44,119 nucleotides of DNA. Source: a virus. Position 1 is the stretch's first letter, and each line of letters starts with the position of its first letter. The position numbers and the translations under genes are program-made. Shown piece after piece: positions 8,313-15,986 of the stretch. The DNA is taken from the IMG/VR virus record IMGVR_UViG_3300009702_000005, positions 1 through 44,119 of that record; one strand, 5' to 3'. The notes beneath the pieces were generated by a model. The model saw only the letters and a program-made list of their open reading frames with translations, searched no databases and had not been told where the DNA came from.

Positions 8313-10786
8313 TGAGCCACGACAGACAAACGACTACGTTTACAAAGCACGGTCCTGTTACGGTATACCATGATAGAGGATATACAGAGGGGCCGGAAAT
8401 TCTTACGCTACGGCAGCGGGTGTCAGAGACTCTTTCACGTTTCTGGCATAGGTTGGTAGGACAGAGACCGAAGCCTGTTGTGTCTGTGGCGATTCTCATA
8501 GTAGCGCGTAACAATGGCCGCTATTTGAGCGAAGCTATTGAATCCGCATTACGCCAGACTGTTAGCTGTGAGATAGTATATTATGATGATGCGTCTACAG
8601 ATAACTCTGTAGCAATAGCTGAGCAGTACATAGATAGAGGGGTATCTGTATTACGTACTAAGGTTAATCTGGGAGTGTGCGAAGCTAGAAATCGTGCTCT
8701 TACTGCTGTGCATACAGACTACGTGGTTTATCTTGACGGCGACGATAGACTCTCCAATAACTACGTAGAGAAGCATCTATCGGTTATGTCTACTGGTGTG
8801 CCGTTTGTATATGGGAAAGCTCAACGATTCGGCACAGAAACAACAAAACTGTCCCCTCCTAAAATCTTTTCGCCTACACTATGGCACGGTAACTACATCG
8901 TAGTATCTGCCTTGATTCGGAGAGAACTATTATTAGCTGTAGGGGGTTGGGTACATACCGATGGAACGGTACATGAAGACTGGCATTTATTTCTACGCCT
9001 GAGTAGGTTAGGTACTCCCCAATATAGCGGTGCAGTTTTACACTACCGAAAACATGAAACACAACGTACACAGACAAGCACAACAGAACACCTATCGGCC
9101 ATTCGGCAAAGTCTAGCTAGGATAGTAGTAGGTATAGTCTATTCTGGAAGACTACCGATAGATGTATGCCTATCTCCGTTAGCTGAGTCTATTCCCAGAA
9201 ACCGCGTAGCGGTTGTGGTATTAAACGCTAGTGGTCAATCGTTGCAGTTATCAGACTATGGCGTATTTCAATCGGTTAAGATTGTACCGTGGAAGGTGTG
9301 TGGGAAACTTAATAGAGAGATTTCTGAGTTTTTAGCTGACGCATATACCTATATCATTACGCATACTACACAAGAAATTATTTGGTTTGTTGAAGACGAC
9401 ATAGTATTGTCCAAAGAGAATTGGAATGATATGTATGCGTCTATTACGAGTAATGACATACATGCTACAGGTCTGCAATATGTTAATCGTGGCCTACCGA
9501 CTGAGCTAGTTGGGGATGGTAAACATATTGGTACAGGTTGTTTTATGATGTGGCGATATGCAGCGCCTGTATGTATAGAATGTAAGGGTGACGATTACTA
9601 TGCACACGACTGGTGGCTATGTGATTATCTTGCAAGTACTGGTAGGCCGGTTAAAATACTTGATACTATATGTGGACACGCAAAGACAGCAACGCACATA
9701 CTTAGGCATACCGGGCTTCCCATAAAGCGCTGTACTATGGTGACACAAGCAATAGCCGATGGAGGAGGCCCACGTATTACTATGGAACTAGTTATGCGCT
9801 CAACGCATGATTGGGTTGTGTTTCTAGCATCTGGTACAACTGGACAACGGGTTGATCTAATAGAGGAGTTAGAACATAGTGGAGTTGAAGTAGTATGCTA
9901 TGGGGATATAAGACTTCCACATACTACACATTTTCAATCTAAGCGTGAAGCTATTAACTATGTTACGGCTGGTAGAGATACATTAGTAGGTTGGGGACCA
10001 CCAGTTAGAGACCATGATATATTAACTGGATTTTCTGGAAGAACTATTGCAGTAGCACATGGTAGTTGTGAGCATACTCGGAAGTTAATGCAGTCCGCGC
10101 TGGCGTCTGGGTATCGGGAATTCATCGGTGTCTCGGACCCGGCTACGGCAGTTTGCCCGAATGATCGATTGGTACTTACTATTAGGAACGGGGTAACTGC
10201 TGATAGACTTGCAGTCACATCGCTAATATCACGGCAGTCTAGCAAAGTTGCTGCGTATATAGGTAGGCGTACACCAGACAAGAATCCGTTAGTCATAGCT
10301 GATGCCGTGGATTATCTACCGAAAGAATGGTCGATTTTAATGGCCGGTGACGGTCTACTACTTCCAGTTAATCGTCAACGGGTTCGATTATGTCCTGATA
10401 GAGTAGACGTAGGTAATGTATACGCATCAGTGGATGTAGTGGTGATGGCGTCTCCGAGTGAGGGATGTTCTCTGACTGTGCTAGAAGCGTGGTATCTGGG
10501 AATTCCAGTGGTATCCACGAGAGTGGGTATAATACCAGAGTTAGAAGCTATACTAGGTCCAATGGTGTTTCCGTTGCCACAAAATCCTACTCCCAGACAA
10601 ATAGCTAAAACAATACAGGAAGCGCATACAGGAGACGTGACTGAAAGAGCTAAGAACTGGACTAGGCAGTATGGTATGGTAGACCGGATGATTCAAGAAT
10701 GGGACGGTTACCTATCATGGGAGGGTAGGGCAGTTGTGCAATACTGTCATAGTGGCATGTCAGATTGGCAGAGTATGCCAGATTGA
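8312..10786 (+). CDS. multi-domain glycosyltransferase (N-terminal GT2/GT-A, a second GT-A-like segment, C-terminal GT-B/GT4-like), 824 aa
   Basis: GT2 motifs VSVAILIVARNNGRYLSEAIESALRQT, YYDDASTD and the DXD motif YLDGDD. The middle segment has WFVEDDIV. The C terminus has SPSEGCSLTVLEAWYLGIPVVSTRVGIIPE (GT-B E-x7-E type). The start overlaps the previous stop (TAATG). Confidence 0.8.
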   Translation: MSHDRQTTTFTKHGPVTVYHDRGYTEGPEILTLRQRVSETLSRFWHRLVGQRPKPVVSVAILIVARNNGRYLSEAIESALRQTVSCEIVYYDDASTDNSVAIAEQYIDRGVSVLRTKVNLGVCEARNRALTAVHTDYVVYLDGDDRLSNNYVEKHLSVMSTGVPFVYGKAQRFGTETTKLSPPKIFSPTLWHGNYIVVSALIRRELLLAVGGWVHTDGTVHEDWHLFLRLSRLGTPQYSGAVLHYRKHETQRTQTSTTEHLSAIRQSLARIVVGIVYSGRLPIDVCLSPLAESIPRNRVAVVVLNASGQSLQLSDYGVFQSVKIVPWKVCGKLNREISEFLADAYTYIITHTTQEIIWFVEDDIVLSKENWNDMYASITSNDIHATGLQYVNRGLPTELVGDGKHIGTGCFMMWRYAAPVCIECKGDDYYAHDWWLCDYLASTGRPVKILDTICGHAKTATHILRHTGLPIKRCTMVTQAIADGGGPRITMELVMRSTHDWVVFLASGTTGQRVDLIEELEHSGVEVVCYGDIRLPHTTHFQSKREAINYVTAGRDTLVGWGPPVRDHDILTGFSGRTIAVAHGSCEHTRKLMQSALASGYREFIGVSDPATAVCPNDRLVLTIRNGVTADRLAVTSLISRQSSKVAAYIGRRTPDKNPLVIADAVDYLPKEWSILMAGDGLLLPVNRQRVRLCPDRVDVGNVYASVDVVVMASPSEGCSLTVLEAWYLGIPVVSTRVGIIPELEAILGPMVFPLPQNPTPRQIAKTIQEAHTGDVTERAKNWTRQYGMVDRMIQEWDGYLSWEGRAVVQYCHSGMSDWQSMPD

Positions 10787-10810
10787 CAGTTAGTAGGTTA
10801 ATAAGCTAAT

Positions 10811-10850
10811 AAGCGTAAGTCCTTGTGAGATAGGGACTTACGCTTTTTTC
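10811..10850 (+). terminator. rho-independent terminator ending the tail/glycosyltransferase operon
   Basis: 12-bp perfect stem AAGCGTAAGTCC / GGACTTACGCTT followed by a T run. Confidence 0.85.
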
Positions 10851-11015
10851 ATGGTTTGGCATGGTAGTTGCAACCTATTAAGGCGGCAAGCAAGGAAGTC
10901 TGCTGAGAATGAAACACGCTGATAGTTGTCCGATGCTTTGGTAAGGTCCAAAGTGGCTAACATCCTGCCGGACAATTATCGGGATGTTTCACGAGAAGAG
11001 GAAGGAACAAAGAAA

Positions 11016-11192
11016 ATGAGAGAATATGGAATCTTTGACGACAGCGGCCTGCTGGAAGGTGATTTCGGTTCGCGAGAAGACGCAATGAGCGCACTGAACA
11101 ACAGATATGCGGACGACGGCGCACACGTCGGCATCGTCTGCCCCGAACATGAAGAACAGGAACAGGATTTCTGCGAAGAATGCGGTGCCTGA
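11016..11192 (+). CDS. small, very acidic hypothetical protein, 58 aa, with C-terminal CPEH..CEEC
   Basis: ATG preceded by GAGGAAGGAA. The upstream TTG-started part of the track ORF has no RBS. Sequence MREYGIFDDSGLLEGDFGSREDAMSALNNRYADDGAHVGIVCPEHEEQEQDFCEECGA. Confidence 0.55.
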   Translation: MREYGIFDDSGLLEGDFGSREDAMSALNNRYADDGAHVGIVCPEHEEQEQDFCEECGA

Positions 11193-11303
11193 GAGGTGTG
11201 GGACTGACCGGATTGTCGGGCCGCAACGAGCGGCCCGGCTACCTTGCCAGTCGGCAGGACCGGCCCGGCGAATTCCGGGCAAAAAGAGAAAGGTAGGTGA
11301 CTG

Positions 11304-11513
11304 ATGAACGCTGTTGCAACTAATGCAGGTGTCTTGGGGTACTTGATCAGTACGCGATTTGGGACCAATTTTACGTTGGCGCGTGACTGGTCCCCGGCGT
11401 ATGGTCGATCAATGGAACAGGACGGAGTTACGGTTACGTCTGTTCCCGATTCCCCAGAATGGCGTAGGCTTATAGCTGAACGCTGGCCGCAGCTTGCTGA
11501 TGAACTGTTGTAG
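11304..11513 (+). CDS. hypothetical protein, 69 aa
   Basis: ATG lies 4 nt after the GAAAGGTAGGTG junction motif (11288..11299). Confidence 0.55.
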   Translation: MNAVATNAGVLGYLISTRFGTNFTLARDWSPAYGRSMEQDGVTVTSVPDSPEWRRLIAERWPQLADELL

Positions 11514-11747
11514 GAATCTCCGACGACGGCCGCTACTATGGTAGCGGCCAGATTCGGATGTTCTATCCGAGAAAGGTAGGTAGGCTAGTTGTGGTTGCCG
11601 TGCTGGAAAAGTAAGCGGGATAATTCCTTGATAAACGAACTCATGTAGCGACTTGATTGCGGCTGTTGCTGTGGTCTTGCGTGGGAGTTGTCAGAGGATT
11701 CCAGACCCGTCACGACGACTACTATTACCAGAACAGGGGAGAAAGAA

Positions 11748-12164
11748 ATGAAAAATGCAAGTTACCGCAAACACAATGACCGCACAGATAATTCCAGTAC
11801 TTACCATAAAAAGGACGGTACAAACATCCGTGCGATCCTGAAACGTGAAGCTGAGGAAGAAATGAAAAACGCCATGACTACTACAACTACGACTGTACCG
11901 CGCTATGTGGTGCTGACAGCGGCAGCGCATATGCCCAATAGCTGTTGGGGCAGGTACGGGAAAGTTGCCGTAGTTGAAACAGACGGTAAAGGTATGCCGT
12001 GTCGAATCGACGAGCGTTTGAATTGTGTCAAGCGAATCGTAGAAATATGGGACCGCCAGAATATAGGCATAACTGACCGATGTGCCTTTGCGCGGGCAAA
12101 GCGCGAAGCTGAAGAATTGGCAAACCGTCTGAATGCTCTAGCTGAAACTGAAGGTGGTGACTAA
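11748..12164 (+). CDS. hypothetical protein, 138 aa, with an internal near-duplicate SD+ATG at 11862
   Basis: GGGGAG lies upstream of ATG 11748. The TTG at 11688 used by the ORF track lacks a properly spaced RBS. Confidence 0.5.
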   Translation: MKNASYRKHNDRTDNSSTYHKKDGTNIRAILKREAEEEMKNAMTTTTTTVPRYVVLTAAAHMPNSCWGRYGKVAVVETDGKGMPCRIDERLNCVKRIVEIWDRQNIGITDRCAFARAKREAEELANRLNALAETEGGD

Positions 12165-12484
12165 TGCAGCGCAAGCGAAAACGTCGAAAGGCACACTACA
12201 CTGAGATTGACCATTACCAAGTGTCTCCCAGAGTATCTATTAGACCGGGAGACGTAGTACGGTTCGGCGGTCGGGGAGCTACCTATCAGGGTAGTCGATT
12301 GCCGATATGCGGAAAATTCTCCGTATTGCGTGTATTGCAGACGCGCGGTGGCAAGGTGTTTCTTGATGTGTTCGGCCTTGACAAGACAGGCGGGTTTCAT
12401 ACGGTTTACGTGGATGGTAAGCCGTACTCACGGAACTGCATCAGGTGGTATCCGTACAAAGTGAAGAAAGTGAGGGAGACATGA
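12164..12484 (+). CDS. hypothetical protein with a basic N terminus (MQRKRKRRK), 106 aa
   Basis: The start overlaps the previous stop (TAATG). No family recognised. Confidence 0.5.
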   Translation: MQRKRKRRKAHYTEIDHYQVSPRVSIRPGDVVRFGGRGATYQGSRLPICGKFSVLRVLQTRGGKVFLDVFGLDKTGGFHTVYVDGKPYSRNCIRWYPYKVKKVRET

Positions 12485-12675
12485 CAGAGCGTAAAGTAGT
12501 AATGATCGACAAACAAGATGGTGCAGAGTATATTGTCCCATTTTCTGAGGCGGCAATGAAACTGCACTATGCAACCGGTAGGTCTGTAGCTGATATAACT
12601 GTAGACCTTGAAAATTTTGAACCATTGGAAACATGCTTTGCATGGTATGAACTGAAAAAGGAAGGTGAAAAATGA
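12481..12675 (+). CDS. hypothetical protein, 64 aa
   Basis: ATGA overlap with the upstream stop. GAGGGAG SD directly upstream. Confidence 0.5.
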   Translation: MTERKVVMIDKQDGAEYIVPFSEAAMKLHYATGRSVADITVDLENFEPLETCFAWYELKKEGEK

Positions 12676-12890
12676 CCCGCAAACATTTTGAAACGATAGC
12701 AAGAGCGTTGTTCCTAGCTTCTCCAGATGCGGATAACGAGCCTGTAGCTAGGTTATCATGGTGTTCACTTTGCTCTACGTTAGCTATAGTGTTCGGACAG
12801 ATAAACAGCCGATTTAATCGGGTACGATTCTTTACTACATGTGGGTTTACCCCGCAGGAAGTAGAAAGGTGGCATGATGTACTTAACTGA
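12672..12890 (+). CDS. hypothetical protein, 72 aa
   Basis: ATGA overlap with the upstream gene. GGAAGG upstream. Confidence 0.5.
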   Translation: MTRKHFETIARALFLASPDADNEPVARLSWCSLCSTLAIVFGQINSRFNRVRFFTTCGFTPQEVERWHDVLN

Positions 12891-13272
12891 TGACACAAAG
12901 GCATACTACACTAGTGATGGGAGTCAATATACCACTAGGGGGTTGTTTCTGATGCTAGTACAACCGGAAGGTATTCAAGGTAGTTCAGCGCCTATTAAGG
13001 CTGTGGTTCGTAAGGTAGCGCTACGCCAGTTAGGTCACTGGATGATGGGAAAGGCGCGCATATATGGCCACAATTTCACAGTATCCGGGGCATACGGTGG
13101 GGACGGTCTGACAATGGATGTTCCGCAGGAAGTCTATGACCGTCTACAGGTTGAGTTACCGGATTCGCTGGTAGAAGCGTGGAACAAGGGGGGCGGTTGG
13201 AATAGTGCTGGATCAGAAGCGCCAATGATTCGAGAGTGGGCGCTGGAGAATCTGGACCGTCTGAGAAAATAA
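12874..13272 (+). CDS. hypothetical protein, 132 aa
   Basis: ORF overlaps the upstream gene end by 17 nt. No family recognised. Confidence 0.5.
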   Translation: MMYLTDDTKAYYTSDGSQYTTRGLFLMLVQPEGIQGSSAPIKAVVRKVALRQLGHWMMGKARIYGHNFTVSGAYGGDGLTMDVPQEVYDRLQVELPDSLVEAWNKGGGWNSAGSEAPMIREWALENLDRLRK

Positions 13273-13275
13273 CTC

Positions 13276-13303
13276 TTGACAACTTGACCGCTACCGGTAC
13301 AAT
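13276..13303 (+). promoter_or_regulatory. sigma70-like promoter TTGACA-N16-TACAAT upstream of the methyltransferase. A 7-bp inverted repeat (CTACCGG 13291..13297 / CCGGTAG 13309..13315) flanks the -10 hexamer (13298..13303).
   Basis: Read directly: cTTGACAacttgaccgctaccggTACAATcgtttccggtag. Confidence 0.6.
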
Positions 13304-13340
13304 CGTTTCCGGTAGTGGTAGTGATAAAAGGTGGGACGAA

Positions 13341-14162
13341 ATGACCAAGCGACCATTGACCCTTACAATCGATACAGCGCCGAAATGTCAAATCTATATC
13401 GGCGATTGCCGTAGTATCATGCCGCATCTACGAGAGCAACGATTCGATTGTATCTTTGCCGATCCACCATTCAATCTTCGAGAGCCGTATAGTCAGTGGA
13501 AAAATAGTTTGTCGGCAACTGACTACCGCACTATGACTAAAGAATGGTTGTCAGAATGTGTGCGACTTCTATCTCCTACGGGTTCATTCTGGGTGAATTG
13601 CCCTAATGAAATAGCCGCTAGAATCGTAGTGCATCTGGAAGATAAGCATAAACTTATCCTAGCTGACTGGTGCATCTGGCATTACCGATTCGGGCAATGG
13701 ACAGGTAAGGGATTTATCCGGTCTCACACTAACGCTCTACATTTTGTCAAGAGCCGTAAACTTGCTATTTGGAATCCTACCGATGTACTAGTTCAATCTG
13801 ACCGTGCGACTAAATACAACGATGCACGGACCAAGACTACACGCCAACCGGGGAAGTGTGTACCGCTTGACGTATGGGGAGTAGAATCTGACGGTCCGTA
13901 TTGGGGTAGGGTACAGGGTAACAATGCTGAACGAAGACCCTTGCATCCGAAGCAACTCCCAGAAAAGTACATCGAACGTGCAATACGTGCAAGTACCAGA
14001 CCAGATAGTGTAGTGTTTACGCCGTTTGTTGGGAGTGGTACAGAGCTAACCGTTGCGCGGGCGTTGGGACTGAGAAGTGTAGGAATCGAAATTGGTGAAC
14101 GTGAAGCACGGTCTGCTCTTGATCGTATCAAGAATGGGGCTGTGCGAATCAAAGAAAGGTAG
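13341..14162 (+). CDS. beta-class amino DNA methyltransferase (N6-adenine or N4-cytosine), orphan, 273 aa
   Basis: Motif IV IFADPPFN precedes motif I FTPFVGSGTELTVARALGLRSVGIEI. No restriction enzyme partner seen. ATG 13341 chosen over the non-ATG track start at 13236. Confidence 0.85.
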   Translation: MTKRPLTLTIDTAPKCQIYIGDCRSIMPHLREQRFDCIFADPPFNLREPYSQWKNSLSATDYRTMTKEWLSECVRLLSPTGSFWVNCPNEIAARIVVHLEDKHKLILADWCIWHYRFGQWTGKGFIRSHTNALHFVKSRKLAIWNPTDVLVQSDRATKYNDARTKTTRQPGKCVPLDVWGVESDGPYWGRVQGNNAERRPLHPKQLPEKYIERAIRASTRPDSVVFTPFVGSGTELTVARALGLRSVGIEIGEREARSALDRIKNGAVRIKER

Positions 14163-14169
14163 GTGAGAC

Positions 14170-14625
14170 ATGGCTATCGTGGAAGACTACGATGTACAAC
14201 TGTTTGGTGGACTGTTTACTGAAAGTCAGTTGATAGAGTCATTGCCGCATGGTAGTGGTATTGATTGTAAGTGGACAGTTGAAGTTGCCAAGAATGGTAG
14301 TGTGGTAGCTTATAATAGCTTTCACGTGATGAATGATGTGGGATTCTATGTAGGCTACCAAGATTTCAAGGTTAAGTTGTTTGGTCGCAAGACTGATAAC
14401 ATTCATTATCTACGGGATGGACGCATTCAAATTCTTAGCCATAAAGGGGACATTGAAGTAGTCGTACAGTCTGTAGGTGGTTGGCGCAGGGATCGTGCCG
14501 CTTACGATTTGAGGGAGTATATTTGGGATACTGTTCTGTGGTCGTTGCTGGATGGTGTCTTGAAAGATCAACAGAGAAAGTCTGTCATAGTGACAGCGGA
14601 AGAATACGCTAGTATGCCACATTGA
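14170..14625 (+). CDS. hypothetical protein, 151 aa
   Basis: ATG lies 4 nt after junction motif 14154..14165, which contains the methyltransferase TAG stop. Confidence 0.55.
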   Translation: MAIVEDYDVQLFGGLFTESQLIESLPHGSGIDCKWTVEVAKNGSVVAYNSFHVMNDVGFYVGYQDFKVKLFGRKTDNIHYLRDGRIQILSHKGDIEVVVQSVGGWRRDRAAYDLREYIWDTVLWSLLDGVLKDQQRKSVIVTAEEYASMPH

Positions 14626-14736
14626 CAGGTAGGCATATTGCAGCAATCAACGTAAGTGTAGCTAGTATAATAGATTGTGTGGTTATGGGAGTTTGGCGCG
14701 GTATTAGCTACATCGTCAACTTGAAAGGGGGAGAGA

Positions 14737-14910
14737 ATGAGTAGTAAACGACGGAAAAAACGGGAGAACGTGTTGTGGCCATATGCCGCAGAATGTGAAT
14801 CTGGGGTATTTCGAGTCTTGCAAGCGTATTCGCCAAAGCATATAGTTCAGCGATTGCGAGACGAATACCAAGATAGGGCAGTTACAATCAACAAGGTTAA
14901 CGAAAGGTAG
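14737..14910 (+). CDS. small hypothetical protein, 57 aa (below the ORF-track cutoff)
   Basis: GGGGGAGAG SD then ATG. Sequence MSSKRRKKRENVLWPYAAECESGVFRVLQAYSPKHIVQRLRDEYQDRAVTINKVNER. Its TAG stop lies inside junction motif 14902..14913. Confidence 0.45.
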   Translation: MSSKRRKKRENVLWPYAAECESGVFRVLQAYSPKHIVQRLRDEYQDRAVTINKVNER

Positions 14911-14918
14911 GTGTTACA

Positions 14919-15914
14919 ATGGCGCATGAATTAACGATTCGAGAAAACGGGCTGGTTGAAGCGATGTACGCGCAAAAACCAGCATGGCATGGATTGGGAG
15001 TAGTGTTAGAAGATGCTCCTGATAGTGAAACCGCAATGCGCGAAGCTCACTTAGATACGCTGGTTGAAACGCAACCGATCTATCTGTCTGACGGGCAGGA
15101 ACTGCCAGATAACAAGGCAGTTGTCAGACTGGTTGAGGGAGAAGACCCTTACCCGCTTGGGGTGGTCGGCAATCGGTATGAATGCTATCAGAATGCAGAA
15201 GCCTTTCAATTTCTGGATTCGCTCTTGATGGATGGCGTCATGCGCTACGAAGCGGCGTTTTCGCTTCGCGGTGGTCGAAATGTCTGTCTGCTTGCACGTC
15301 TGCCGAGTATCGACTACGTGACGGACAGTGACCCGTTGTTGCGGTATCTGTTGCTGCACACATCGCACGATGGTAGTTCGGCCATTCAGGTACAGGCTAC
15401 TAGCGTGAGGGTTGTGTGTGCGAATACTCTTTCGCTCGCACTACGTGAGAAGTGTGACCGGTTCAGTGTGCGACATACTGCTAATGCAAAGCGCAATCTT
15501 GATGTGGTGCGCGAAGCGATTTCACAGTACGATACGCAATTCACGCTGCACACTGACAACTGCCGAAAGTTGTTGGCTACGGCAGCCTCAAAGGAACAGA
15601 GTAACGAATACATGAATACTCTGTTCCCAGAAGATGCTGACGCTACTACGCGACAGCAAAACAGTAGAATTCGTAAGTTTGGCGCTTTGCGCGCTGGATA
15701 CCGAAGAACAATACAGGACAATCCCGAAGCGAAGGGTACGTTCTGGGGGCTGTATAATGGTGTCTCTTGGGCTGTGGACCATTCTGACGAATTCTCGCGG
15801 TATCGTGGGACTGAACGGCAACGAAAGGAACGTCGTTTTTCGAGTCTGATTGAGGGAACTGGTAGCAAGCTGAAACACGAAGCGTTTGAATTAGCGCTTG
15901 CATCAGCGTGCTAG
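14919..15914 (+). CDS. DUF932-like (phage/plasmid-like protein) family member, 331 aa
   Basis: N-terminal MAHELTIRENGLVEAMYAQKPAWHGLG.. resembles the PWHGLG signature I recall for this family. Size is typical. Confidence 0.6.
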   Translation: MAHELTIRENGLVEAMYAQKPAWHGLGVVLEDAPDSETAMREAHLDTLVETQPIYLSDGQELPDNKAVVRLVEGEDPYPLGVVGNRYECYQNAEAFQFLDSLLMDGVMRYEAAFSLRGGRNVCLLARLPSIDYVTDSDPLLRYLLLHTSHDGSSAIQVQATSVRVVCANTLSLALREKCDRFSVRHTANAKRNLDVVREAISQYDTQFTLHTDNCRKLLATAASKEQSNEYMNTLFPEDADATTRQQNSRIRKFGALRAGYRRTIQDNPEAKGTFWGLYNGVSWAVDHSDEFSRYRGTERQRKERRFSSLIEGTGSKLKHEAFELALASAC

Positions 15915-15986
15915 GTAACTAACTGTAGCTAGTGTGGCATGGAGGCCACACATTGCTACACACACACAGGAAAGGTAGGTGTCACT

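Noticed and set aside
10957-11368. Cluster of overlapping ORFs on both strands (10957..11226, 10976..11368 and 10989..11282 on the minus strand, 11107..11304 on the plus strand)
   Set aside because: The region is GC-rich, so stop codons are rare in all frames. None has an RBS. The + strand genes 11016..11192 and 11304..11513 have proper SD sequences.
13236-13340. Non-ATG upstream extensions offered by the ORF track (13236 for the methyltransferase, and similarly 10926, 11688, 15939, 20344, 22466, 24896 and 32813)
   Set aside because: The extensions overlap upstream genes, or a promoter in the case of 13236, and lack SD sequences. Internal ATGs with well-spaced SDs are preferred.
14622-14671. 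Candidate promoter using TTGACA (14622..14627) or TTGCAG (14638..14643) with the perfect TATAAT at 14666..14671
   Set aside because: The spacers would be 38 and 22 nt, and no acceptable -35 lies 16-18 nt upstream. The -10 may still be functional, but I cannot support a full promoter call.
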